Below are positions 48,016-58,989 of a DNA stretch of 64,000 nucleotides, one piece after another. The notes below the pieces were generated by a model. The model searched no databases. It saw only the letters and a list, made by a program, of their open reading frames with translations, and had not been told where the DNA came from. Both the position numbers and the translations under genes were made by a program. Within the stretch, counting starts at the first letter, position 1, and each line of letters begins with the position of its first letter. The DNA is from Oceanispirochaeta sp. (GTDB lineage Bacteria > Spirochaetota > Spirochaetia > DSM-2461), in contig CAXXXD010000002.1 in the NCBI GenBank assembly GCA_963663385.2, forward strand, positions 1,312,001 to 1,376,000, read 5' to 3'.

Positions 48016-49268
48016 CGGGAGATGAGGATACAGGAAAAATCCTGAACAATAAAATATTACTGTACTCTGATTGCATATTTTACGGCGGCTGTGAAAATAT
48101 GGTTACAATTCTGATGAACTCTAAGAGATTCGATATGGATTTTATTTACAGACAGACTGATATCTATGACAAAGGTCTGCATGAACAAGTACCGAGCAGA
48201 AACAATGTTTATCCACTGAAGATCAAAGATAGCATGACAATTATATCCAATCTTTTCGGTACTCCCCGTAATAGATTCATTCGGAATTTTATATGGATCC
48301 TTTTCTATCTGCCCCTCAGGTTTTATTGCATCACGAGTAATATCAGACCAATTTATAAGTTCATGAAAAAGAATAATTATGATCTTATCCATATAAATAA
48401 CGGTGGTTATCCCGGAGCTGAATCGGCATACAGCGCAGTCATTGCCGCTAAAATGGCAGGAATACCTAATATTACATATATGGTGAACAATCAGGCACTC
48501 GGTTATGACAGAGCTTTCAGATTCGCGGATTTTCTGTTGGATAAATTCACGGCTCGGGCTGTCACAAAATTCATTACGGCTTCCAAATCCGCGAAAAAAA
48601 TTCTATGCGATGTTCTGAAGATTCCCGCCGGACAAGTCGTCAATATATACAACGGTATCAAAATCAATGAGCCCGATGAAGACAGGAAAACCGTATTCGA
48701 TACATTAGGTTTGGATGAGAGTGTCTTTCTGGTGACTATCGTCGCTAATATTGAAACGAGAAAGGGTATCTTATTCGCTATTCAGGCCATTGAACGAATC
48801 AATAAATCCGCTAATTCAGGTAAAATCAAACTCGCGATCAGAGGAGAAGGCCCGATCAGGCCGGAAATCGAGGCTTATTTAAATACAAATGAAGTTAAAA
48901 ATGTCTTTTTCGTTGATCGGCAAAGAAACATATCCAATCTGATGGTGGCTTCAGATGTCCTTTTACTGCCTTCCATTGGCAATGAGGATTTACCGAATGT
49001 CATCTCCGAGGGAATGGGGCTTGGAAAAGTATTCATATCAACGACGGTCGCCGGGATTCCCGAACAGATCATAGATAAGGAAACTGGCTTAATTTGCCAG
49101 CCTGGTTCCGTTGATGAAATAGAGGAAGCTATATTATTTTGTTATAATAACCCTGAAAAGCTTAAGGAAATGGAAATAAAATCGAAAGAAAAATTCCTGA
49201 GTGATTTTGAGAGCCGCATCGCTGTCAGGGGATACGGTGAGTTGTTCAAGCAGCTGACGAGCGAATAA
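47994..49268 (+). CDS. Glycosyltransferase family 4
   Basis: IYNG, RKG, EDLPNVISEGM (EX7E), GIPE; start uncertain. Confidence 0.85.
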   Translation: MVEDYKVTGDEDTGKILNNKILLYSDCIFYGGCENMVTILMNSKRFDMDFIYRQTDIYDKGLHEQVPSRNNVYPLKIKDSMTIISNLFGTPRNRFIRNFIWILFYLPLRFYCITSNIRPIYKFMKKNNYDLIHINNGGYPGAESAYSAVIAAKMAGIPNITYMVNNQALGYDRAFRFADFLLDKFTARAVTKFITASKSAKKILCDVLKIPAGQVVNIYNGIKINEPDEDRKTVFDTLGLDESVFLVTIVANIETRKGILFAIQAIERINKSANSGKIKLAIRGEGPIRPEIEAYLNTNEVKNVFFVDRQRNISNLMVASDVLLLPSIGNEDLPNVISEGMGLGKVFISTTVAGIPEQIIDKETGLICQPGSVDEIEEAILFCYNNPEKLKEMEIKSKEKFLSDFESRIAVRGYGELFKQLTSE

Positions 49269-49288
49269 TTCTTTGATATGGTGAAATA

Positions 49289-49942
49289 ATGAATAAAATC
49301 AAATCAATTCTTCGAAAATATTACCATAGATATAAAGAGAGAGAAGTAAGGAAAAAACTCGAATCGAACTGTAAAATTGATAAGTCCGCGATAATCCTGC
49401 CCGGCTCGAATATCAGTTTCAGTGGTAATAAGGATGATAGAATCTATTTAGAGGTGGGAGAGAAGTCTCTGGTTTGTTTCAATGCGATCTTCGAAACCTC
49501 CAGAGGGCAAATTAAAATAGGGAATAATGTCAATATGGGCTATACCACTATTATATCCCGCAACAGTGTTACAGTTGAAGACAATGTGACTATGGCTTGG
49601 GGGATTACACTTTACGATCATAATTCCCATAGTGTCGATTGGGATGAAAGGCAGCATGATAACGAAAGGTGTTATGCCGATACGAAGAGATATGGGAATC
49701 CCATTGTCAGCAAAGATTGGAGCGTTGTCAGGGATGCCCCTGTGAGAATATGCAAAAAGGCATGGATCGGTTTTAATGTCATTGTTCTAAAAGGCGTCAC
49801 TATTGGAGAAGGGGCCGTTATCGGCGCCGGGAGCGTCGTTGCTAAGGATATACCCCCGTTTTGTATTGCCGCTGGCAATCCGGCGAAAGTAATCAGATAT
49901 TTAAATGAATCTCAAGAAATGAAGGATGGAGTGGAAAATTGA
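49289..49942 (+). CDS. Hexapeptide-repeat O-acyltransferase
   Basis: [31 protein letters not shown]. Confidence 0.88.
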   Translation: MNKIKSILRKYYHRYKEREVRKKLESNCKIDKSAIILPGSNISFSGNKDDRIYLEVGEKSLVCFNAIFETSRGQIKIGNNVNMGYTTIISRNSVTVEDNVTMAWGITLYDHNSHSVDWDERQHDNERCYADTKRYGNPIVSKDWSVVRDAPVRICKKAWIGFNVIVLKGVTIGEGAVIGAGSVVAKDIPPFCIAAGNPAKVIRYLNESQEMKDGVEN

Positions 49943-50721
49943 AAACAGTCATTTTGTGCGGAGGATTCGGTACCAGAATCAGAGAAGTCGAAGAGACCCT
50001 GCCGAAGCCTATGCTTCCTATTGGGAATTACCCGATAATCTGGCATATAATGAAATATTATTCATCATATGAATATAAGGATTTTATTCTATGTCTGGGC
50101 TACAAAGGTTCAGTCATCAAAGATTTCTTTCTAAATTACAAAGAAAGGATTTCAGACTTCACTTTGAAGTTGGATCAGAGTACGGATATAGAATATCATA
50201 ACCAGTTTTCAGAGGCTGATTGGTCAGTCTCATTAATCAACACGGGGCTTAACGCAATGACTGGCGCTCGTGTGAACAGAGTTCAGAAATATATCGGAGA
50301 TGATGAAACATTCATGCTGACATATGGAGACGGTGTGGGAAACATAGATATCAAACGTCTGGTTGAATTTCATAAATCTCACGGTAAAGCGCTGACCGTC
50401 ACAGGCGTCCAGCCTCCTGGTCGGTTTGGTGAACTGGAAATCGCTGACGACAATATCGTTACCGGTTTCAATGAAAAGCCCCAGAGCACAGGTGGTTATA
50501 TTAACGGAGGTTTCTTTGTTTGTAATAGAGCAATCTTTGATTTTATGGATGATCGGGAAAACCTGGTTTTTGAAAAGGATGTCATAGAAAACATTGTTAA
50601 CGCAAATGAACTAATGGTTTACAAACATGACGGATTCTGGCAGCCGATGGATACCTCAAGGGAATATCACATATTAAATGATCTTTACGATAAAGGAAAC
50701 GCGCCATGGGTAAGATGGTAA
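49939..50721 (+). CDS. rfbF: Glucose-1-phosphate cytidylyltransferase
   Basis: [37 protein letters not shown]. Confidence 0.9.
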   Translation: MKTVILCGGFGTRIREVEETLPKPMLPIGNYPIIWHIMKYYSSYEYKDFILCLGYKGSVIKDFFLNYKERISDFTLKLDQSTDIEYHNQFSEADWSVSLINTGLNAMTGARVNRVQKYIGDDETFMLTYGDGVGNIDIKRLVEFHKSHGKALTVTGVQPPGRFGELEIADDNIVTGFNEKPQSTGGYINGGFFVCNRAIFDFMDDRENLVFEKDVIENIVNANELMVYKHDGFWQPMDTSREYHILNDLYDKGNAPWVRW

Positions 50722-51773
50722 GATTCGATCCTGCGTTCTATAACGGGAAAAAAGTACTGATAACTGGCGATTCCGGATTCAAAGGTTCCTGGCTTTCTTT
50801 GCTGCTCTGGCATTATGGAGCAGATGTCGTAGGCTATTCGTTACCTCCCCGAACTCCTGAAGATCATTACCATGCAATTGGGCTCGACCAAAAAATCGAC
50901 CATGTGGACGGAGATCTGGCTGATATGGGTTTATTGAAGGCAACCTTTGATTATCACAAACCCGAGATTGTGTTTCATCTGGCAGCTCAGCCTTTGGTCA
51001 GGTTATCTTACGAGGAACCTTCAAATACCTTTCTGACGAATGTTCAGGGATCGATAAATGTTTTTGAATGCGTAAGGCTGTGTTCTTCAGTAAAATCATT
51101 TATTTGCGTCACCTCAGATAAATGTTATAAGAACAAAGAGTGGATCTGGGGTTATCGAGAAACCGATGAACTGGGAGGACATGACCCTTATAGCGCATCA
51201 AAGGCAGCTTTGGAAGTAGTTTTTGAATCATACAGGTTGTCTTTTTTTGATAAAATTCCCGGTCTGGGTGTTTCTTCGGTCAGAGCAGGAAATGTTATCG
51301 GAGGCGGGGATTGGTCTCTGGACCGCATTATTCCCGATTGCGTTAAAGCAATACAAAGCGGCGAGCCTATTCTTATCAGGAGCCCTGAGGCCACCAGGCC
51401 CTGGCAGCATGTTCTTGAGCCTCTTTCAGGATATATAAGACTAGCCCAGTTTATGTATGAAGATCCTAAAGGGTATTCAGGTGCCTGGAATTTCGGACCC
51501 AATAATACATCCCACAAATCTGTGTTGGAAATGGTTAAAGAAGTAGTTGATTGCTGGGGCACCGGAGAAATCCGGATAGAGAAAAATGAAAATAATCCTC
51601 ATGAGGCGGGATTTTTACATTTGAACTGCGATAAGGCGAATAACTATCTGGATTGGAATCCGGTCTGGAATTTCAAGCAGACTATAAAAGAAACGGTCGA
51701 TTGGTACCGGGCAGTTGGAAAAGAAGACTTTTCCATCAAGCAGATAACAAATTTTTTTAACGGAGTAAAATAA
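50706..51773 (+). CDS. rfbG: CDP-glucose 4,6-dehydratase
   Basis: GFKGSWL, HLAAQPLV, TSDKCY, DPYSASK, RAGNVIGGGDW, RPWQHVLEP. Confidence 0.93.
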   Translation: MGKMVRFDPAFYNGKKVLITGDSGFKGSWLSLLLWHYGADVVGYSLPPRTPEDHYHAIGLDQKIDHVDGDLADMGLLKATFDYHKPEIVFHLAAQPLVRLSYEEPSNTFLTNVQGSINVFECVRLCSSVKSFICVTSDKCYKNKEWIWGYRETDELGGHDPYSASKAALEVVFESYRLSFFDKIPGLGVSSVRAGNVIGGGDWSLDRIIPDCVKAIQSGEPILIRSPEATRPWQHVLEPLSGYIRLAQFMYEDPKGYSGAWNFGPNNTSHKSVLEMVKEVVDCWGTGEIRIEKNENNPHEAGFLHLNCDKANNYLDWNPVWNFKQTIKETVDWYRAVGKEDFSIKQITNFFNGVK

Positions 51774-52222
51774 TGATTGATGGCGTTGAGATTCACCCTT
51801 TAAAACAGATTCATGATGAACGGGGTAAAATAATGCATATGCTGAAAAGCGATTCCCCCCATTTCAGGAGTTTCGGAGAAATTTATTTCTCTTGCGTTCA
51901 TCCCCAGGCTATCAAGGGATGGCATATCCATTCCAAAATGTATTTGAATTATGCCGTCGTTCATGGCCAGATTAAATTCGTTCTATATGATGAAAGAGAA
52001 AACAGTCCTACGAAAGGAGAAATCCAGGAAATCTTTATGGGACCGGAAAATTACTGTCTCGTTACAGTACCGCCGTTTGTTTGGAATGGTTTCAAAGGTC
52101 TTGGAACTGAGCAAGCCATAGTAGCTAATTGTCCAACTATTCCGCATGATCCTGACGAAATCGATCGTTTGGATCCTTTTGATCAGAGAATCCCCTATGA
52201 TTGGAGTATTAAGCATAGATGA
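51773..52222 (+). CDS. RmlC-like (cupin) NDP-4-keto-6-deoxyhexose epimerase
   Basis: DERG, FGEIYFS, KGWH.H, VPP.VWNGF. Confidence 0.85.
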   Translation: MIDGVEIHPLKQIHDERGKIMHMLKSDSPHFRSFGEIYFSCVHPQAIKGWHIHSKMYLNYAVVHGQIKFVLYDERENSPTKGEIQEIFMGPENYCLVTVPPFVWNGFKGLGTEQAIVANCPTIPHDPDEIDRLDPFDQRIPYDWSIKHR

Positions 52223-53148
52223 GCAGAGTTCTAGTAACAGGCGGGACGGGCTACCTCGGAGGAAGAATCGTCGACTTCCTTGCGGGGCAGGGCCATTCCG
52301 TGAAAAGCGGAACGAGACGGAAGTCATTGGCAGGCGATGGTATCCATGTCTATACAAATTTCGATGATCAAGTAGATTTAACACGATCTTTCGGAGAATT
52401 CGACGCAATCGTCCATCTGGCGGGAATGAATGAAATAGATGCCTCGACAGATCCTGAAGCTGCCATACTTACAACCGCCAACTACACCGTTCGGGCGTTG
52501 AAAGCATCTAAAGACAACGGTATCGGGAAATTCATATATTTCTCTACAGCCCACGTATACGGATCGCCTTTGCGCGGAGTTCTTGATGAGCAATCGCCAA
52601 CCTTTCCCACACACCCATACTCCATCACGCACAGGGCAAGCGAGGATTTCGTTTATGAGGCTCATGTCAAATCCGAGTTGTCGACTGTCATTTTCAGACT
52701 ATCCAATGGTTTCGGATTTCCAATGGATAAAAATGTGAACAGGTGGACTCTGCTGGTCAATGACTTATGTAAACAGCTGGCAATATCTGGAAAGATCACG
52801 CTAAAATCGCCCGGTATACAATATAGGGATTTTATCACCTTGCATGACGTTTGCAGGGCCGTAGAATTTTTTCTGGACAAGTCTAAACTTGTCAATCCAT
52901 TCTTTAATCTGGGCAGCGGGACCTCTATCAGAATTATCGATATGGCTGAAGCAATCGCGGACAGATATGAAGCGATGACCGGTCAAAAGCCGATTATGGA
53001 TATACCTGAGGCGAAAGACGATTCCGCGTCCGACTCATTTCAATTTTCCATTCAAAAACTTCTGGACGAAGGATTCGAAATCACCAATGACGGATCATTT
53101 GAAATAGATGAAATGTTAAAAAGATGTTCAGTCTGGTATTCGGATTAA
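52219..53148 (+). CDS. NAD-dependent epimerase/4-reductase (SDR)
   Basis: GGTGYLG, STAHVYG, YSITH (atypical YxxxK), RDFI. Confidence 0.82.
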   Translation: MSRVLVTGGTGYLGGRIVDFLAGQGHSVKSGTRRKSLAGDGIHVYTNFDDQVDLTRSFGEFDAIVHLAGMNEIDASTDPEAAILTTANYTVRALKASKDNGIGKFIYFSTAHVYGSPLRGVLDEQSPTFPTHPYSITHRASEDFVYEAHVKSELSTVIFRLSNGFGFPMDKNVNRWTLLVNDLCKQLAISGKITLKSPGIQYRDFITLHDVCRAVEFFLDKSKLVNPFFNLGSGTSIRIIDMAEAIADRYEAMTGQKPIMDIPEAKDDSASDSFQFSIQKLLDEGFEITNDGSFEIDEMLKRCSVWYSD

Positions 53149-53179
53149 GACGTTACACATTATTAGGAATCTCAGTGTT

Positions 53180-54082
53180 ATGAAAGAAAAACCATTGGTC
53201 TCGATCGTTATCCCTACATACAATAGAGCATCAGACTTAAAAAGAGCCATTCGGTCGGTAGTTGATCAAACATATAGAGAATTTGAATTGATTATTGTAG
53301 ATAACCATTCTACAGACGATACGGATGAAGTTGTCCATTCATTTGGTGATAAACGCATCAAATTGTTTAAAATTAATAATAATGGAATTATCGCCGCTTC
53401 ACGGAACATGGGAATTCAAGAAGCGAATGGGGAGATCATCGCCTTTCTTGATTCCGATGACTGGTGGGCCGGAAATAAGCTGAAACTATCAGTCGAAAAA
53501 ATTAAAGAGGGGCAGGATTTCGTCTATCATGATATGATCCTCTACAAAGATAAAAAACTGAAAAAACTGAGGAGGGCGAAAAAGAACTCCATACCGACAC
53601 CTATTTTTGAAAATCTGATGTGCAATGGCAATTCAATTTTCAATTCCAGCGTAGTCGTTAGAAAATCGACTTTGGATAAGGCGGGATATTTCGATGCGGT
53701 CGACAGTTTGATCACCATCGAAGATTTTGACTTTTGGCTTCGAATTTCTAAAGTTACGGATCGATTCTTCAAACTTGATGGGTTCCACGGGTGGTATTGG
53801 ATAGGCTCCGGGAATACCACATCCCCTTCGAAAACCATAAAGGCTCTGAATTCATTTTCAAGGAAATATCATGTGGAAATTGAGTCCTTGAATAAAAATG
53901 GAGGATTTTACTGGATTTCTCTGACTTATTGTCTCGCTTATTTCAAGTTGCGTAAGTTTTCCGATGCGAAAAGAATGAGTGACTTGGTTCTTAAAAAGAA
54001 AATACCTGTCTCTGTTTTGTTGAAAGTTTTATACATGAGAATAAACATGTCTTTAGGGTCAAGAGAAAAGGCTCATGGATAG
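53180..54082 (+). CDS. Glycosyltransferase family 2
   Basis: VSIVIPTYNR, VDNHSTD, FLDSDD, EDFDFW. Confidence 0.9.
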   Translation: MKEKPLVSIVIPTYNRASDLKRAIRSVVDQTYREFELIIVDNHSTDDTDEVVHSFGDKRIKLFKINNNGIIAASRNMGIQEANGEIIAFLDSDDWWAGNKLKLSVEKIKEGQDFVYHDMILYKDKKLKKLRRAKKNSIPTPIFENLMCNGNSIFNSSVVVRKSTLDKAGYFDAVDSLITIEDFDFWLRISKVTDRFFKLDGFHGWYWIGSGNTTSPSKTIKALNSFSRKYHVEIESLNKNGGFYWISLTYCLAYFKLRKFSDAKRMSDLVLKKKIPVSVLLKVLYMRINMSLGSREKAHG

Positions 54083-55166
54083 TAGAAATATAAATCGTTA
54101 TCTGCTTAATGAGCTCATTGTTTTTCTTATGATAATCCTTACTATTATTTTTTCTTTTTCTCAATTAAAAGCTGTACAGACATCGATAGAATTACTCTTG
54201 TTTTCATTTTTTATTTTTGTGAGTATTCAATACAGATTCAAAAAGCAGGAATTCCTTTTGGTCTTGGTATTCTGGTTTGTTACGGCGGCTTCCTTTTTTT
54301 TAAATAGCTTTTCAGTATTCTTAACCAATGCCAAAGCTCTCGGCTTAGCCATTTACACGATGTTGTATTTTACAAGAGTTCATCACCGTTCCAAGTTAAT
54401 TGATGTCACAGCAATCTGCAGTATTTGTCTGATGGTCATCAATTTCATAAATCCTTCCATATTGAGTCCCATCGTAGAGTTATCAAAATTTTCCGATTTT
54501 AATAAGTCACGCTTCGGTGGTATATTTTTCAATGCCCATTTGAATGGTTATTTCATTGCTGTTTGGCTGATTTTCATCTTGTATCAGAATAGACAGTATT
54601 TTCCCGCTTCACTTGTCGTATTGATGACGGGGTCCAAATTTGTTTTCGTTTCATACTTTTTTCAAGGCGTTCCTAAAAGAATATATAAAAAATATTTGCC
54701 TATGATCATTTTTATGACGATCATTTCATTTTTATTTTTATCCAGATGGCTGGTTCAGCTTTTCAATACTGCAAAGCTTGTCTCCCTATCTGTAATATTG
54801 TATCAGTTGTTTGACATACGTTATTATTATTATGTTTTAAGTATTTTTCCGAACGATTATGTTGAAACCATCGCCAGCGCCCCCCTGAGTGAGGATTTTT
54901 TCAATCTCGCAGGGGCAATGATTGCAAATGAAATCGGATATTTTCAATTGTTTTATCAGGCAGGTAATATACTTGCCGTCCTGTATCTGATGAGATACTT
55001 TAAACTGGCGAATGTTTATACTATTTTCATCATAATTTCGATGCTTCACTATGGTTTCATATTATCACCGATCGTCGTGTATATGATGGTTGTTTTTTCT
55101 TATATCATCAACAAACAGAACCAGTTGTCGGCGAATAATCAATACCAGGTATTACAAGGATTATGA
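54075..55166 (+). CDS. Probable O-antigen polymerase (Wzy)
   Basis: About 10 TM segments, [14 protein letters not shown]; located between GT genes. Confidence 0.65.
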   Translation: MDSRNINRYLLNELIVFLMIILTIIFSFSQLKAVQTSIELLLFSFFIFVSIQYRFKKQEFLLVLVFWFVTAASFFLNSFSVFLTNAKALGLAIYTMLYFTRVHHRSKLIDVTAICSICLMVINFINPSILSPIVELSKFSDFNKSRFGGIFFNAHLNGYFIAVWLIFILYQNRQYFPASLVVLMTGSKFVFVSYFFQGVPKRIYKKYLPMIIFMTIISFLFLSRWLVQLFNTAKLVSLSVILYQLFDIRYYYYVLSIFPNDYVETIASAPLSEDFFNLAGAMIANEIGYFQLFYQAGNILAVLYLMRYFKLANVYTIFIIISMLHYGFILSPIVVYMMVVFSYIINKQNQLSANNQYQVLQGL

Positions 55167-55729
55167 TAATGATATTCAAGATCTATGATTTTTTCAGGAA
55201 AGCCATCAATCGTTTATTGATGTATAGCGCAAAAAAAAATTTCAGTGATTGCGGAAAAAATGTCGTCTTCTATCCAGTGGATTCGTTTTTTTCATATGAT
55301 CATATGATTGTTGGATCAGATGTCTTCATCGGCCATAAAGCTGATTTTTCAGCTGCGAATGACGCGCAGGTGATTATCGGTAGCAAAGTCATGTTCGGAC
55401 CGTCAGTTACAATAATGTGCGGGGATCACAATATCAGGGAAGTCGGGCAATTCATGTACGATGTGAAAAATAAAAACGCTGATGATGATATATCTGTAAT
55501 TATAAAAGATGATGTCTGGATCGGCAGCAATGTTACGATACTGAAAGGAGTCAAAATTGAAGAAGGCTCTGTGATCGGTGCAGGCTCCGTCGTTACGAAA
55601 AGTATCCCACCCTATTCAATTGCCGTGGGCAACCCTGCCAGAGTTATAAAGAAAAGATGGAGCGATGACAAAATCAAGGAACATATCAGTATCGTTAAAG
55701 GCGCTTCAAATAACAGGAGTGAAGAGTGA
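55163..55729 (+). CDS. Hexapeptide-repeat O-acyltransferase
   Basis: [29 protein letters not shown]. Confidence 0.88.
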   Translation: MIMIFKIYDFFRKAINRLLMYSAKKNFSDCGKNVVFYPVDSFFSYDHMIVGSDVFIGHKADFSAANDAQVIIGSKVMFGPSVTIMCGDHNIREVGQFMYDVKNKNADDDISVIIKDDVWIGSNVTILKGVKIEEGSVIGAGSVVTKSIPPYSIAVGNPARVIKKRWSDDKIKEHISIVKGASNNRSEE

Positions 55730-56787
55730 GAATCTGTTTTGTAACGCCCCTTCCACCCCCGTTTGGCGGCATAAGTAACTGGGCCACACAGGTCGTTAAA
55801 TTTTTTGAAGTCGGCGGCGAAGTTGAGGTTGAAACTGTCAATATTGCCCCTGAATGGAAAAGCGTACACCAAAGGTCGAAAATCGTCAGGAGTATCGGTG
55901 GCGGACTGCAGTTGTTCAGGGATTATTTCAGATTTCTGAAAAAAATAAAAAACTCCGACTGCTGCCATCTGGCCAGCTCCGGTTCACTGGCGATGATCAG
56001 AGATTTTATGATCGCGAAGGCTTGTAATAGCAGAAAAGTGCCGCTCGTATATCATATGCATTTCGGAAGGATTCCGGAAATTGAGAAACATAATACGATG
56101 GAATGGAAGCTCTTCAGGCTCGTTTCCAGCAAATGCGCGGCGGTCGTTGTTCTGGATGAGGATTCCAGAAAAGTCGTGGCTGCGGAGTTTAATAACAAAA
56201 TTGTTGTGAAATTACCTAATCCGATTGATCTGTCTCCTATTGATGTGAAAGCTGTAAAAAAACAGGTCGTTTTTATCGGTTGGGTGTTGAAGAGCAAGGG
56301 GGTCGAAGACTTGCTTGATGCCTGGGCTCGGTTGGATGACGCGGAGTGGACGCTGACCATCGTCGGTCCCGGTGACGAGACTTATGTGTCCGGTTTGCTC
56401 GAACGATATGCCGGACCGAGGATCGACTACCGTGGCGAGCTGCCTCATGACAAAGCCATTGACGTTTTGAGAGAGTCAGCGATTCTGACGCTGCCGAGTC
56501 ATTCGGAAGGTTTTCCGATGGTTGTTCTGGAGGCCATGATGCTCGGTAAGCCTGTTATAGCCAGTTCCGTCGGCGGAATTCCTGAAATGCTCAGTTCGGG
56601 TGCGGGACTTCTTGTAGAACCAAAAAATATTGATGATTTGGTAGCCAATTTCAAAATAATGATAAATAATGAAACCCAGCGAAATCAGATGGGAATAGCA
56701 GGTCGGCAAAAAGTAGAAAGAGAGTATCAAACCTCTGTCGTAATGTCTGATTTAAAAAATATTTGGGAAATGATTAGCAATAAATAA
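55726..56787 (+). CDS. Glycosyltransferase family 4
   Basis: [28 protein letters not shown]. Confidence 0.9.
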   Translation: MRICFVTPLPPPFGGISNWATQVVKFFEVGGEVEVETVNIAPEWKSVHQRSKIVRSIGGGLQLFRDYFRFLKKIKNSDCCHLASSGSLAMIRDFMIAKACNSRKVPLVYHMHFGRIPEIEKHNTMEWKLFRLVSSKCAAVVVLDEDSRKVVAAEFNNKIVVKLPNPIDLSPIDVKAVKKQVVFIGWVLKSKGVEDLLDAWARLDDAEWTLTIVGPGDETYVSGLLERYAGPRIDYRGELPHDKAIDVLRESAILTLPSHSEGFPMVVLEAMMLGKPVIASSVGGIPEMLSSGAGLLVEPKNIDDLVANFKIMINNETQRNQMGIAGRQKVEREYQTSVVMSDLKNIWEMISNK

Positions 56788-56811
56788 CTATAAATATAAG
56801 AGGAAGAAAAT

Positions 56812-57828
56812 ATGTTTACAGGTAAAGTTTTACTCATTACAGGTGGAACCGGAAGTTTCGGAAATGCGGTGTTAAATAGATTTATAGATACTGATATCAA
56901 GGAAATTCGAATCTTCAGTCGAGACGAGAAGAAACAAGATGATATGCGTCATAGAATTCAATCTTCCAAAGTGAAGTTTTATATCGGTGATGTTAGAGAT
57001 AAACGGTCAGTCGATGATGTTATGATGGGTGTTGACTATATCTTTCATGCAGCTGCTTTAAAACAGGTGCCCTCATGTGAGTTTTTCCCCACTCAGGCAG
57101 TTAGGACTAATGTTCTGGGAACAGAAAATGTTATTGATTCTGCCATTCAGCATGGTGTAAAGAGAATGGTGGTCTTAAGTACAGATAAAGCCTGTTATCC
57201 AATCAATGCCATGGGTATTTCCAAGGCTATGATGGAAAAAGTAGCAATTGCTAAAGGACGGGCACTCGGGAAAGATGCTAAAACAACGATTTGTTGTACC
57301 CGGTATGGTAATGTTATGGCTAGTCGTGGATCAGTCATACCACTGTGGATAGATCAAATGTTATCAGGAAAGAATATTACAATAACAGATCCAAACATGA
57401 CCAGGTTTATGATGACACTTGAAGATGCTGTAGATCTGGTGATATATGCTTTTAAAAACGGTGAGAATGGGGATCTGTTTGTTCAAAAGGCACCTGCTGC
57501 AACTCTCGATATATTATCCCGGGCTTTGAAAGACATGCTTCATAGTGATGCAGAAATATCCGTAATTGGAACAAGGCATGGTGAAAAACTTTATGAATCT
57601 CTGGTAACCCGGGAGGAAATGGCAAAATCTATCGATATGGGGAATTATTATAGAATCCCATGTGATGATAGAGACTTAAACTACAATAAGTACTTTGTTG
57701 AAGGAGAGGAGGAAATTTCTCATATTGAGGATTATCATTCTCATAACACTTATCGTTTGAATATTGAGGAAATGAAAAAACTTCTTTTAAAACTGACAAT
57801 AGTGAAAGAAATTGTAGATAAGAAGTAA
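56812..57828 (+). CDS. fnlA: UDP-GlcNAc 4,6-dehydratase/5-epimerase (FnlA/WbjB/CapE)
   Basis: GGTGSFG, SRDEKKQ, HAAALKQVPSCEF, STDKA, RYGNVMASRGSV, HSHNT. Confidence 0.92.
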   Translation: MFTGKVLLITGGTGSFGNAVLNRFIDTDIKEIRIFSRDEKKQDDMRHRIQSSKVKFYIGDVRDKRSVDDVMMGVDYIFHAAALKQVPSCEFFPTQAVRTNVLGTENVIDSAIQHGVKRMVVLSTDKACYPINAMGISKAMMEKVAIAKGRALGKDAKTTICCTRYGNVMASRGSVIPLWIDQMLSGKNITITDPNMTRFMMTLEDAVDLVIYAFKNGENGDLFVQKAPAATLDILSRALKDMLHSDAEISVIGTRHGEKLYESLVTREEMAKSIDMGNYYRIPCDDRDLNYNKYFVEGEEEISHIEDYHSHNTYRLNIEEMKKLLLKLTIVKEIVDKK

Positions 57829-57830
57829 TT

Positions 57831-58979
57831 ATGTCAGAATGTAAACTTATAAAGATTGGGATAACCGGACAGTCCGGGTTTGTTGGTACAGCATTATATA
57901 ATGAAATCGGATTAAGTAAGGATAAATATGAATCCATTCCATTTAAGGATTCGTACTTTAGTGATTTCGAACTGCTGAGAAAATTTGTAAGGGATTGTGA
58001 TGTTATCGTCCATCTTGCTGCAATCAACAGGCATGAAGATCAAAATTTTTTATATGAAAAGAATATACAACTTGTGCAGCTTCTGGTTCAGGCTATTGAA
58101 ATTGAAGGTGTTCATCCTCATGTTCTGTTCTCTTCTTCTACACAGGAGAGTTTAGAGAACAATTACGGGAAATCCAAATATGAAGGAAGAAAAATATTTG
58201 AAAACTGGGCGAGAGAGTCAAATTCTTCTTTTACAGGTTTGATAGTCCCTAATGTTTTTGGTCCTTTCGGGCTTCCCAATTATAACTCTTTTATAGCGAC
58301 TTTCTGCTATAAAATTGTGAACGGTAATGTTCCAGCGATTATTGAGGATAATGATGTAAAATTAATCTTTGTAGGTTCATTATGTCGTTTTATACTGGAT
58401 GTAATTGATAAAGAAAACAAATCGGATGTTAATTCGGTAACAGTCTTACCCGTACCTCATGATTTTAAAGAGAAGGTATCAAAAATACTATCAATTCTAA
58501 ATATGTTCAAAGCTCAGTACTATGATAATGGTATTATCCCTGAGTTAAATGATAGAAATATTGTTAATCTGTTTAATACATTTCGTAGTTATATTGATCA
58601 TCAGAAACATTTTCCTGTATATCTCAATGTAAATAATGATGAACGGGGAATATTTGTTGAAACTTTTAAATTAGGTGTTGGAGGGCTTGTCTCATTTTCC
58701 ACTACAGTACCTAATATCACTAGAGGAAATCATTATCATACAAGAAAAATCGAACGATTTGTTGTAATCAGGGGAAAAGCACTCATACAACTCAGACAAA
58801 TCGGAACCAGTGAAGTGATGGATTTTGTACTCGATGGAAATAAACCGTCATATGTTGATATGCCTATCTGGTATACGCATAACATAAAAAACATAGGAGA
58901 TGATGAACTGGTAACACAATTCTGGATTAATGAATGGTATGATGAAAAAGATTCAGATACATATTTTGAGAAAGTATAG
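57831..58979 (+). CDS. fnlB: UDP-2-acetamido-2,6-dideoxy-hexulose reductase/epimerase (FnlB/WbjC/CapF)
   Basis: N-terminal SDR (YGKSK, PNVFG, PNYNS) plus C-terminal cupin (RGNHYHTRK, YTHNI). Confidence 0.88.
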   Translation: MSECKLIKIGITGQSGFVGTALYNEIGLSKDKYESIPFKDSYFSDFELLRKFVRDCDVIVHLAAINRHEDQNFLYEKNIQLVQLLVQAIEIEGVHPHVLFSSSTQESLENNYGKSKYEGRKIFENWARESNSSFTGLIVPNVFGPFGLPNYNSFIATFCYKIVNGNVPAIIEDNDVKLIFVGSLCRFILDVIDKENKSDVNSVTVLPVPHDFKEKVSKILSILNMFKAQYYDNGIIPELNDRNIVNLFNTFRSYIDHQKHFPVYLNVNNDERGIFVETFKLGVGGLVSFSTTVPNITRGNHYHTRKIERFVVIRGKALIQLRQIGTSEVMDFVLDGNKPSYVDMPIWYTHNIKNIGDDELVTQFWINEWYDEKDSDTYFEKV

Positions 58980-58989
58980 GAAATAGTTA

